Assembly (NCBI GenBank): GCA_050084515.1 | Contig: CM114271.1 | Location: forward strand, 38,688,001 to 38,752,000 | DNA from: Blasia pusilla | Lineage: Eukaryota | Length of the DNA stretch: 64,000 bases | Direction of reading: 5' to 3' | In this document: positions 37,180 to 48,999 of the stretch, piece after piece | Position numbering within the stretch: the stretch's first letter is position 1 | Layout: the number at the start of each line of letters is the position of its first letter | Made by a program: the position numbers and the translations under genes | Notes under the pieces: model-generated | Seen by the model: the letters and a program-made list of their open reading frames with translations, nothing else | Database searches by the model: none | What the model was told of the DNA's origin: nothing

Positions 37180-38140
37180 GCGAGGATCCATGTCAAGAAG
37201 TTCAGGTCCATCGCTGACCCAAGACATGGCGTCGCGTGATGCCTCGACATCGATGGTACGCTGCCGTCACTCTGTGGGAAATCCCATCGCCGCTCTCTCT
37301 CTCGGCGTTGGGCTCCACCAACCGCTGAACCTGGTCATCCCAAACCAAGCAGGATCGGCCTCCTTGTATGCACGGAAGCGGAAAACTCACAAACGTGGGC
37401 AAGGCGCCGGGCTTGCCTACCCTGTTGACCCCGATCGGCGGTGGTCGATCATCGTGCCTCACCGCCTCTGTGATCGGCGACTGGATCGAATGGAATCCAC
37501 TAACAAAGGGAGGGGCGCTCCACTCTCGCATACGCCCTCCATAACACCGCATGGGGCACCAAGTTGGTCCACCATAGAGGCGGGCGATGGGCTCTAGAAC
37601 CTACACTTGCCGCATCCAAGAACACTATTGGGCCGATCTAGGCACGCACCTGATGAGCACTCATCACGACCCGTGACCAAGAGTCTCCTAAGATCGGCAC
37701 ATTCTCCAGAATGTAGGCTGGAGAACGAGACTGGTGCTCCTGCAACTGCCGTAAGACCCTCAACATCTCCCAAAACAACCTGGACCGAGTGTCAGCCAAC
37801 CCGCTGCCTCGTCCAACACTCGATTGGCCCTGACATGGCCAACCAGCAATGACCAAATCAATGGTCCCTACCCGCTCTAAGTCCGGCGCCCCCAACAACA
37901 AAATATCCCTCGGTAGGGAATTCTGGTACCCTGTACTGCGGACGCAAACAATAAGTCGGGAAAACGTAGGCGTAATTGCGCCACATGTTGTAGTGAGACG
38001 CGCCTCGCAACATCATCACTCTCCACATACAAATCTTCGGCCAGACTCGCACTCTCGCTTGCAAAACAAAGACTAACCCGATTCTAATCACTCCAAAGAG
38101 ATCTAACACTCGAATACCCTCCTCCGGGTACACCACACAA
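37180..38140 (-). pseudogene. C5-cytosine DNA methyltransferase domain inside pol (copy 2)
   Basis: PEEGIRVLDLFG (motif I), DLVIAGWPCQGQSSVG (IV), GLADTRSRLFWEMLRVL (V), AYILENVP (VI), LVEPNAERE (IX), RRHVLGQ (X). Confidence 0.9.
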
Positions 38141-38599
38141 TGGGTGTAGTATCCAAGGGTGTCATCGTAGCACTCCCGCTACCTCGGGTTCCTCAGACTG
38201 TCACGCCTGGTGCAAACGCCTCGCTCCACGCTGATGCCGTGCACGTGTGCATCCGCTTAATCGTTGAAGCTCCTCGCCGAGCCCCACACCGGCACCTCTC
38301 CTCCACGGAATGATGCGGCTACAATAACACTCCTCTCCATAGAAATGTCGAACAGGAGTATCTCTGCATGGACATGTCCCTCAATCAAATCACTAGGCCA
38401 AGTGATGGGCACGCTAAATCTTTGCTAAGGTCGCCATCTCTCCTCGCCGTTCGATCATCGCACTGTGAATTGAACGGGTAATGAGCTAAGGCGCCCATCA
38501 CCTGGATCGCCATCCTGGTCGTAGGGACGCCGACTCCTCCCGTAATCCAGGGAAAACCCCATCGGGTATAACATCGCTCCACCAACCAAGATGTCGAGG

Positions 38600-40930
38600 A
38601 CTCAAAGATCGATCACTATCGCCTTGGCGCGCACCACGGACTCATCGCCAGGATGTCCGGCGAATACCCACCACAACCTCCTGTCGGGTGATATACTGTG
38701 TGGTACTCGCTCCACCCAAGGATGTCTATATCCGAAATGGACAACACTCCACATCGGCTCTCGTCAAGCCCAATCCTCGAATGACGCTTTCCCCAACATC
38801 AAGGGTTGCGCTCCCGAATCAACAAGGCGCTGCGGACTAAAAGATCTACCTCCGGGACTCACCAAGCTGGAAGACCTCTCCTCGGTTATCCAAAGCAACA
38901 CAACACCAGGAGAAGCCATGCACGCTCTATCGCAGGTCTAGCGGGCATCTCCGCCATCCTAGCGACCCCATGACCGCCATGAATCGGCGTGGATCGCCCG
39001 TGCATCCGCTCCAAGGGCAGGTCCATCACCTCCTCTGCAATCACCTCAACGTGATGCGGGAACTCCAACTCGCGCTCACATAGTGAAGCGGCCAGTAAAA
39101 AGCCTCGGCGGGCGTACCCCAACGTCATAACATCGGAAGCGAGAAAATAAAGGAGTGCGGTACACAACGGTGGCGCCCCAACAACGTGTTTCGACACATA
39201 GAGTCGCCGCTTTTCGCTTCTCCCATCGCCCTCCGTGCTTGCACACAACAACATTACCAACTCTCCGGGAACTTTGATGAGGACCCATCGATGGGGTCCT
39301 CATCGCTTCGGACAACGTGAAAGATTGAGGAAGCCTCGTTGTGGATCCAACTCTGTCGCTTCCAGCGTCACAAGCTGCGGCGGCCTCCATCTAGGCAACC
39401 CCGACATCCATCCGGGATCCTCCGGATCTCGGCTGCTCCATATGATGTCGATGCCACGGATCCGGCATCGGGTAACCTCAATGCCATAGCGGCAATCTGC
39501 TCCTGTAGCTTTTGTATCTAAGCAGCCATCCCAGCCTCACGTCCGGCATCTCCCTCGGCGCGTCTAGGTGGTGGTACTCTACCTCCTCCACGGGCAGCTC
39601 CACCACCCTGTCGGGCAACTCCAGCTCCTCGTCCCCCAACGGGACCACCTGGAGCACGATCTCTAGGCCCACTCGGACCGGCTACTCGCTCTGGTGCCCT
39701 CTCTAGCCCTCGGTCCAGACGTAACTCAGGATGTAAACTAAAACACCTGGCGCGTGTATGACCATACCTCTGACAATAGTCACACTGATAACCTCCTGGT
39801 GCAGCACCATCTCCTCCTCCATGCTATGGCACACGTCCATGACCCTGACGAGTGCAATCGCGCTGATGATGGGCTCCACCACATGACCAACAAGTAATAG
39901 TAGGCGGCTGCTGCTGAGCCGCATATGAAGGCGCAGGTCTCGTGGCACGGCCTCTCGGTATCCTCCCTGAGCTCGTGGTGCCCACGGTCAACCTATCTCG
40001 AGTCACGTTCTTTGCCGCAGGTGGTGCGAGACAATCGTGGATTGCTCGCCAGAACCCATGGTGGCTACGCTCTCCTCCGCCATGTTGCGCTCAATGTTCT
40101 CGGCGGTCCTAAAACATCTCTCAACGAGGGGAGGTGTTCATAAGAAGCACCCCTCCCGCACCCGTGTCCGCAGGTCGGTCGAAAGATCGCACACCATGAC
40201 CGGATAGCTGAGCCTCTATCACCCCCGAGTGGCGTTGATCAACCGGCGCAGCGAGTGTAAGCCTCACGCAAACTCTCACCCGGCGCCTGTGGAAGTCGTG
40301 GATGCTCTGCAACTTCTCCGTCCGTACCCCTAGTAGCTCGCCCTCAACTCAAGCAAAGAACTCAACCACAGGGTTGAACCGGGGACGAACCCGACTAGAC
40401 GGTGCAAACCTAAACCCTAAACCCGACTAGACGGTGCAATTGCTCCCGTGCGAGTGATCCCCCCTAAAACGTCACTAGTGGAAGAGGGAGTAGCCTCTCC
40501 TGACTCCTCCTCCTCATCTGGGAACGGCTCCGTCCATGACACATAATGTGGGTCATAGTAGAGCCTCCACGCCTCGATCTCACATGCATATCTCGAGAGA
40601 ACTCATGGTAATCGTCCATGGCGCCCCCTCTAAATCTTTGGAACATACCGTTCCATCTTTGTAAACGGGTTGAACTCTCTAGAGTGGCCCCCGGGAGTCG
40701 CACCAACTCCTAAACTCGCTTTAAAATCGTGCAACTCAATCGTGCCCCTCGCACTGAAAACCTCACGCGGTCCTCTACCCCGGTCGTCCATCTCGTACGC
40801 CCAACTGGTAGGACCACTCACAATGTGTGGCGATGTGCTCACAAACTCCTCTACACCCTCCCCCTTGTCTGACAATGACACAGAAGGAGGTCGAGGTGGT
40901 CCCTCACGTGGAGACCCTCGAAACCTCACG
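38600..40930 (-). pseudogene. gag and protease of copy 2, heavily frameshifted
   Basis: GTIELHDF, AMDDYHEF and CWSCGGAHHQRDC match copy 1 gag. LVDSGAQPLMLG lies near 38790-38830. Confidence 0.75.
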
Positions 40931-42371
40931 CCACTCCGCGTAAAACCTCTAGAGCTACTCTCGGGTTCACCACCTCGCCTCTCAAAGTCCCGAACAGACT
41001 CCGTGATGACCCTCGTGCCCCTCTCACCCGATCACTCTGAACCTCGTGAGGAATCCCTCAATCACTCATCCCAAACATGCGGCACTCGATCTACACTCTC
41101 TCTCCCCAAGACGTGTAACGTGCGGAAACACGCGGCGTGGTGCGGCAAATCGACCAGGCTATCATCTCATCGACAACCTACCCTCAACTCTGGACATCCC
41201 ACACAGGTCTATGTCCCCTAAACCACATACATAAATGATGCTCTCAGCATCCACACACCCAATATCCCCAAATAAATCCCAGAATCCCTCACACGTGCAG
41301 GGTAAAGGACCAGAATGGGTAACCTGAACACATGTCAATGTCGCTCCCCAGCAACTAAAAATCTCGACCCCAACTCGATCGTGGAGACAACTCCTCCAAT
41401 CAGCAAGTCATACTCCTCCCGTCATCGATCTTTGCTCAAAACTCCTCGATAGACAAATGCGGTCCCGGCCGAACGGTGCGGCGTTAAAGGCGACGAACGG
41501 CTACGAACGGCGCGGCCCTCGATGGTGGGATGCGGCACTCGGCGCATACCCTCCTCAATCAATAATAATCCCACACTCTGCTCCACAATGACGGTGCGGC
41601 TCGCGTCGAGATGGTGCGGTGCGCCACCCCAGCAGCGCACGGCGCGGCAATCGGCGGCGCGTTGCGGCTACGGGCGCCACGGCACGATACTCGATCGCCG
41701 CTCAGCGGCTACCAATCACAACATAGCAGCATGAAATCAAAACTCAAACACCATAACCGAGGTCATCGCCTTCATGGTTGATGAAGAAAGCTGCGATGAC
41801 GGTGGCGGCCAAAACAAAGTACGTGGTGGCGACGCAAGTCAAGGAATCAACGAACGTCATTGAAGACCCTCCACTCCGTAATGGCGGCAATGGCCACTCT
41901 CCTAATGAGAGGCTTGGGTTACACTCACAAGGCAAGGTACCATAGCTCCGCCGCCTCATGCCAAGAGGTTCAACAAAGAGAGAATGAGCTCTCAAGCTCT
42001 CTCTCCTTGAGGTATACCCCTCTCCTCTCCCAAGCTCTCTCCATGGTAACCTATTCTCCCAAGTCACCTCCTTGGCTCTTGACCTGATGTAGGAGGTCAA
42101 GGGCCACTTACAAAAATAGTAAGTCGATCATATACTCAAAATGGTACTTATCTAAAATAGTAAGTTCCTCAATATGGCTCCAAATGAGCCGAAACGAAGG
42201 GGAAACTTGCTATCTCAGGTTTCCAAGGGCCTCAGCAGGTCACCCTCGACCTACTGGGTGTGTCCTCCACTACTCATGAAGGCGCTCTATTAGATCCCAC
42301 CGATCTATCCTAAAAGACGTGACACCCTACGTGTGGAACGCAGAATGGTCTCAACCTCGAACTCTGGTTCC

Positions 42372-45300
42372 TCATTTCTGATGACCGGTTGTGGTCTCAA
42401 CATCATCATCCTTTCGCTCCGGACGCATATTGTCTTGAAGATACTTCTTCAATAATGACACATGGAAAGTCGGGTGAATCTTGAACTCGTTTGGCAGCTC
42501 CAACGTGTATACATCCTCAAACGGCTTTGCCTTGATCACATACGGTCCAGCATACTTGGCTGACAATTTTGCGGACAATTCCTTCGGAAGAGTGAGATTC
42601 TTAACACTCAACCACACTTTTTCCCCAACTTGGAAACTCACCTGGCGCCGACTTTTGTTAGCATGCTTTATGTACCTTAGTTGAGCTTTGGTGAGACTTT
42701 CTCTCGCTCGCTCTTGTTGTTCCTGCATTTCCACTAACAAACATTCCGCCGTTGCTTGAGGAGTGTGTGTCGATGTATTGCCCTTCGAAAGAGCTAAGTC
42801 AAGAGGCCCTTCTGGTTCTCTTTGATACGCCTGAAGAAACGGAGATTATCCGGTTGCAGAATGCGTAGTCGAGTTGTAACAATACTCAGCCATACTTAAC
42901 CACTTGGCCCAATCTCTTTGGTCCGCACTCACGTAATTCCGTAAGTATTGGTTTACGACCGAGTTTACTTTTTCCGTTTGCCCATCCGTTTGAGGATGGA
43001 AGGCCGTACTAAAGCTGAGTTTGGTCCGGAACCTCCTGAATAGATGTTTCCAAAAAGCACTGGTAAACTTCGGATCCCGATCGGACACAATGCTCCTAGG
43101 CAATCCGTGCACACGCCACCAACCATCCAGGAATAGTCGGGAAGTCGTGTAGGCCGTCGCAGACTCTCTCGTCGGCACAAACCTCCCCAACTTACTAAAC
43201 CGATCAACTATCACAAGTATAGCGTTGTATCCCTCAGATTCTGGAAGACTCGTAATGAAATCCATGCTAATGCTTTGCAAGGGTCCCTCCGGGATTGGCA
43301 AAGGATGAAGTAAACCTTGTTTCTTCGCATAAGACACGCGGTTCACTTGGCAGGTCACGCATGTTTTCACATATTGAACAACATCTTCCTTCATGTTGGG
43401 CCAGAAGAACCTCTTAGACAAAACAGCAAGAGTGGATTTCTCCCCTTTGTGTCCCGCCAAAGGTCCATCATGACATGCCACAAACACCTTGGTCCGTAGC
43501 TTGCCTTGGCCTACATAGATCCTGCTCTGCTTAAACCTTAGCAAGCCGTGTCTCAAACTCAGATTGGCCACCTTCTCGCCCCGCTTTAACTTCCCAAGGT
43601 ACTCCTGCTTATGCATCCTTCATGTATCCTTCACGAATCCTTCTTTCCAAGTCTGTTTCATTAGGGAACATTGCTCTCAACACTTGTGTCGTCGATGGCA
43701 TGTGTTCATCCCTGCGACTTAACGCATCTGGAATGACATTGTCTTTCCCCGGCTTGTGGATTAGCTCCACATTCATCAACGCCAAGGTATCATGCCACCG
43801 AAGTTGTTTTGGCGTCACGCGATCCTGGGTCTCAAAATACTTGAGCGATATGTTATGTGTGAATACTCGAGTCCTGTGAAGTCCCAAATAGTGACCCCAC
43901 TTCCTCAAGCAATGAACCACCGCAAACAACTCTTTCTCATGAGTAGGCCATCTCCTTTCGGTGTCGCTAAGGTTCTTGCTTTCGTATGCTACAGGCCTCT
44001 CTTTTTGCACCAACATTCCTGCAATCGCGAAATCACTAGCATCCGTGTGCACCTCGAACGGTTGTTCAAACTCCGGAAGTTTCAGAACTAGTTCCTGCGA
44101 GAGGATCTCTTTGACTGGATTGAACGCTTTATCCACTTCCTCGGTCCATGTAGTATTGGCAAAATTTGGGGTCCAATCCGTGAGAGGTTTCACTATGCCC
44201 GAAAAGTTCTTCACGTATGTCCGGTAAAACTGGATAGCTCCGATGAACCTTCTCATCCCCTTCACCGTGGAAGGCGGTTCCCATTCGGCAATTGCGCTCA
44301 CCTTCTCCATGTCTGGACTCACTCCATCCGCACTAACCACATGCCCCAAGAACTTGATCTTCGTCAAACCGAACTCACTCTTATCCGCATTCGCATACAG
44401 CTTGTTCGCCCTAAGTTTCTCAAACACCGTCTTCAAATGTCGAGCGTGCTCCTCTAGTGTTTTCGAATAGATGAGTATGTCATCTATATAGATGATCACA
44501 AACTCATCCGTCTCCTTGTGAAAGATGGAGTTCATCAAAGTGGTAAACGTCGGAGGCGCATTACAAAGACCGAAAGGCATTACTACAAACTCTAACGAAC
44601 CGTATCTCGTTCTACACTCAGTCTTCTCTACATCCGCTTCGGCAATCCGAATCTGATAATATCCTGATTTCAGGTCAATCCGGCTGAAATACTTGGCACC
44701 CGACAATCGATCAAAGAGGTCATCCATCCTCGGTAGAGGATAGTTATTCCTTACCGTCACTTTATTCAGCGCCCGATAATCAACACAGAGTCTCAACTTC
44801 CCATCCTTCTTCTTTACAAAGAGGACGGGCGCCCCATAAGGTGACTTGCTTGTTCGGATGTAACCCCTCTCCAGAAGTTCACCCAACTGTTTCTTCAACT
44901 CAGCAAGTTCCTCTTGATTCAACCTATATGGTGCCTTTGAAGGTGGTTGAGATCCTGATATCACCTCAATCTTATGATCAACCGCCCTATGTGGTGGCAA
45001 CTCAGTCGGAAGCTCCTTAGTCAACACATCTCCAAATTCTTTCACAACTTTTTTGAGTGTTTCAGGGATCCCCCTTGAAGCTGAGTTCTGATCTCTGCAT
45101 CTCGCGCTTGCATCATCCTCTACTCGTCTCATCAAGCAAAGGAATCCTTCCTCTAACTCGGCCAAACTCGTCCTCGTGATGGCGTTCACCAACTCCGTCT
45201 TTCTAGGCACCTCACGAACCAATCTGACGTCCGTCCGTTTGCCGTTAACCAAGACGCTCAACCTCAAAGGTCTCCGCCTCAGTTCCACCTCATACGCATA

Positions 45301-45735
45301 CAAGAACGTGTTCCCCAAGACTCCGTCGATTCCGTCCATGTCGCAAACTGTAAAATTCTCCTTCAACTCAAATACTCCGCAACTCACAACTAGCCCTAAA
45401 ACCAGATCTGATGTCTGGTGGGACTTGCCTCCCGCGAATCCTACCCTAATGGGTTCATCCGCCTTGGTGGTCGGCAATCCCAACGTTTTTACAATTCTCG
45501 GACTCAAGAATGAGTGCGAAGCACCTGTATCAACGAGCAACATCACATCGCGATTAGCGATCTTGGATCCTAGGTAAACCAGATTGGGCATTCTCTTGGT
45601 GACTTGTAGAGATGTATCTAGATCTCCCTCCGATAAATGCTTAGCGGCAAACGCAATCATACTCAGTTTACTAACCTTGGGCCTAACACATTCCTTAGCC
45701 ATATGTCCGGGTTCGCCACAATTGTAGCAAATCGC
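42372..45735 (-). pseudogene. chromovirus pol (zinc knuckle, PR, RT, RNase H, integrase)
   Basis: CYNCGEPGHMAKEC, LLVDTGASHSF, RLCVDYRALN, MPFGLCNAP, YIDDILIYS, VHTDASDFA, HDGPLAGH...CVTC, ISMDFITSLP, SDRDPKF, HPQTDGQTE, YAGPY, IHPTFHVSLLK. Confidence 0.95.
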
Positions 45736-46352
45736 TTTGGCATTCGTTGACTTCGTAAACGGCGGCCCCTTGGCTTCGCGTTGAGTTCCACTCGTTTCGC
45801 CGCTGGGGCGAGAGACCCTCCATGGTCGCGTTCACCCCCATTCCAAACCCTCTTGGATGTCCCTTTGTTCTTCTGTAACTTAGAAAAACTTTTTGTCTCA
45901 AAGGGTTTTGGGTGTTGGACTTCATCGTCCCCAATCCGCTTGGCTAGTCTCAAGAGATCCGCGCATGTCTCTGGGATGTGAGGCATACAAAAGAGAGCCT
46001 TCTCGGCACTTGGTTTGAGCCCACTTCTCGGATCGTTTAAGTTTGGACCCGCAGGTCCCGCGGAAAGATTTTCGGTTGGAACATCCTCATGTCGGGGACT
46101 CGGCACTTCGGGAGTCGCAAATTCCACCTCCGGCTCTCGGTCCGTCATTGATTCGTCTCTTGGCTTCTTTGCTTTGACTCGCGGTTTCCTCGGTTCTTTG
46201 CCCTTGGTCGCCATTTTCGAGTTGTCGCCTTTTCTCAGATCTCCTCCTCGCCTCTTGCGTTCCTCCTCGGCGTCGCGGTCTTCCGGCTACCTTGAGTTCT
46301 CCCCAAACGTCCAGATCTTCAACGACCCCAAGTTCACGCTCATCAAGGAATT

Positions 46353-46364
46353 GCTCTGATACCA
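46353..46364 (-). promoter_or_regulatory. primer-binding site (tRNA-Met) of the chromovirus
   Basis: TGGTATCAGAGC lies two bases after the LTR end at 46367. Confidence 0.92.
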
Positions 46365-46366
46365 CG

Positions 46367-47995
46367 TGTCGTGGGCCTACTCTCCTTGAACGTTAATCTT
46401 GTTTGTTGCGGAAGCGTGCGTTCAGTAGGTCACGCTCTCAACGCTGATCTGCATCCAAACACGCACGCCGGTTAGTCGGGTCTTGGATCAATCAGCGGGA
46501 TTACTTTCCGAGTTCTCGTCTCGGACTCTCTCTTCAAGCTCAACCTTCCTAGTTTCGCGGTTTCCAACACGGGCAAGTCTCGAAAGACTTGGGACAGCTT
46601 TTCTGGTCGGTTCAGGAACCTGAAACGGCGTTTCGCGCCTAGCGGTTCCAACTGTCCGATGAACATCCAATGAGTTCCTCACCCAGACTCGCACGAAGTG
46701 AATCTCGGGTTGGAATCCAAGTGTGGCGTATAAAGTCCACTCCCTTGGATCAGGTTTGGGTTTGGGTTTCGCGCCAAACTCCCGTTTCATCCGTGCCCTC
46801 AAACGCCGTTTGCGCCCCAAAGTGGGGTTTCGTTTCCGAGACATCTCAGAGAAGGTACTCCCCTTACTAGTACTTCTGGGGATCTCCGGGGCCCCTACAT
46901 TTAGGGAAAGACACCGGGCCCCTCATTGGCCCTCAACCCGATTGCTCTCTGAATCGTTTTCGGCCAATATCTCAGCCTGTACTTATGTGTTTGCTGAGAT
47001 CTTTCGTGCGTTGGAAGCGTCTCAAGATCAGCTTTCCAACGCGCCCTTACTTGTCCCGAACGCATCTCGGAACTCAACGTTATGGTCCTAAACACAGTCA
47101 GATTCTCCCAAACGCTAGCCGTGTTCCAAACTGGTTCTCACCTCTTTGGCAACCAACCTCCAAGACTCAACTCATCTCAAGTCTCGGCTCGCGTTTGGTC
47201 TAGGTTTCCTGGTCGCGACCACTAATGCATGAAACGCACAACTCTATTCCGCGTTTCGTCTCTTAGACTTTTCCAAGAGACTCTTCCAAACGCCTCTCCA
47301 AAGCTCAAACCTCGCGGCGTGAGTTCCTTTGAGTTCTGATGTTTCGCTTGGCGCGTATTTGGTGTTGTTTGGTTACGAGGGTCGCGACACCGTGCCTCTG
47401 AAACGCCGTTTGGCGCCCAAAGTGGGGTTTCGTTTCCCGAGACATCTCAGAGAAGGTACTCCCCTTACTAGTGCTTCTGGGGATCTCCGGGGGCCCCCTA
47501 CATTTAGGGAAAGACACCCGGGCCTCTCCAATTGGCCCTCAACCCGATTGCTCTCTCAATCGTTTTCGGCCAATATCTCAGCCTGTACTTATGTATTTGC
47601 TGAGATCTTTGGTGCGTTGGAAGCGTCTCAAGATCAGCTTTCCAACGCGCTCTTATTTGTCCCGAACGCATCTCGAAGCTCAACGTTATGGTCCTAAACA
47701 CAGTCAGATTCTCCCAAACGCTAGTCGTGTTCCAAACTGGTTCTCACCTCTTTGGCAACTAACCTCCCAAGACTCAACTCATATCAAGTCTCGGCTCGCG
47801 TTTGGTCTAGGTTTCCTGGTCGCAACCACTAACGCATGAAATGCACAACTCTGTTCCGCGTTTCATCTCTTAGACTTTTCCAAGAGACTCTTCCAAACGC
47901 CTCTCCAAAGCGCAAACCTCGCGGCGTGAGTTCCTTTGAGTTCTGATTTTCGTTTGGCGCGTATTTGGAGTTGTTTGGTTATGAGAGTCGCGACA
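46367..47995 (-). repeat. 5' LTR of the chromovirus (46367-47389) abutting a second, partial LTR (47390-47995)
   Basis: 47390-47995 corresponds to about 31372-31978 and ends in CGACA followed by the TSD. Confidence 0.9.
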
Positions 47996-48999
47996 GCTTG
48001 GGACATAAGCGTGAAACATTCTCGTTCGGTTGAAGTGCCACGTGGCACGAGGAGAGGTGTTTGCGCAGCTAGAAGGGACTCTCCCTAATAGTATAGATGA
48101 GCAACCATGCCGCCCAGCTTTCGTGCGTCATGCCACATCGCCTGCCGTCCTCGTGCCTCCATGCGTGCGTGCGTTCACTCCCTCCCTCCCTTGAGGCTCC
48201 CTCGAGGTCCTGCGGCGGAGGGAACAAAAGAAATCACGGAGCATGGACGTCTGTGACTCTGTGCGCGAGCCCGGATGGCGAACATTCTCTCCACATGCGC
48301 TTGCATCGGGAGTCCTGGGAGGGTGTCCGACACGCACGGAGCCGAGAATCTGCGGGGTGTTGCGCTGGGATGATCCGGGGTTACGAGCAATCGTAGCCGG
48401 CTAAAATAAAAAAATTCCGATTCAAACCAAACTCGTCGGAAAGAAACTGGCAGGTTTAGGGGGATTTCTTTGTAAACGTATCTGAAATGCCGGTTGGAAA
48501 TCTAAATTTACCGGTCCGGGCTCTGGATCACCGGTTCTCGTGGAAAAACTCCCCGGCCTACGATGGACACAAGCGAGAGGCGGCATCTGCTGACAGGAGT
48601 GCGTGCGCACACCGGGTGGGCTGTAGTAAGTCGGGGGGAATTCACCCGCCGTGTCGCATCGGACTCAGCCTCCTGGAGTTCAGGACGGAGGGCAGGGCGG
48701 CCCGAAGGTGACGCAAGCCTGCTAGCGTTCATTCGAGGAGCTTGGAACGGGGGTTGCGATCCGCCAGAGTTTCACTCGACTTTCTGGCAGTGCAGAGCGA
48801 TGGAGGACTGCAGACTGAACGTGGGAGACTCGGAATTGGGTGCGATTCCGACCTGTCCGTCGTGGCGTCAAAAGCCTTTCACTCGGCAAAGTCATGATGG
48901 CAGGGCTGTATTGGAGTTTCGAGAGTCGAGTGCAGTAATTGTTGTTGTTCAATCGTGGGGAGGAAGAAATTAGCATTTGGGAAACCATGAAATTCACGT

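Larger units (their letters stand above)
32810..42324 (-). mobile_element. Ty3/gypsy retrotransposon carrying a C5 DNA methyltransferase and a PHD finger, copy 2, with split terminal repeats
   Basis: TG...CA termini and exact 4-bp TSD CCCT (32806-32809 and 42325-42328). Repeats: A1 32810-32937, B1 32938-33450, GT spacer, A2 33453-33580, B2 41894-42324. Same domain order as copy 1. Confidence 0.93.
30947..47995 (-). mobile_element. chromovirus-type Ty3/gypsy retrotransposon with an extra partial LTR; host of DNMT-gypsy copy 2
   Basis: LTRs at 30947-31978 and 46367-47389, partial LTR at 47390-47995, and 5-bp TSD GCTTG at 30942-30946 and 47996-48000. PBS-Met 46353-46364, PPT 31979-31991, pol order PR-RT-RH-IN-chromodomain. 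Confidence 0.93.
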
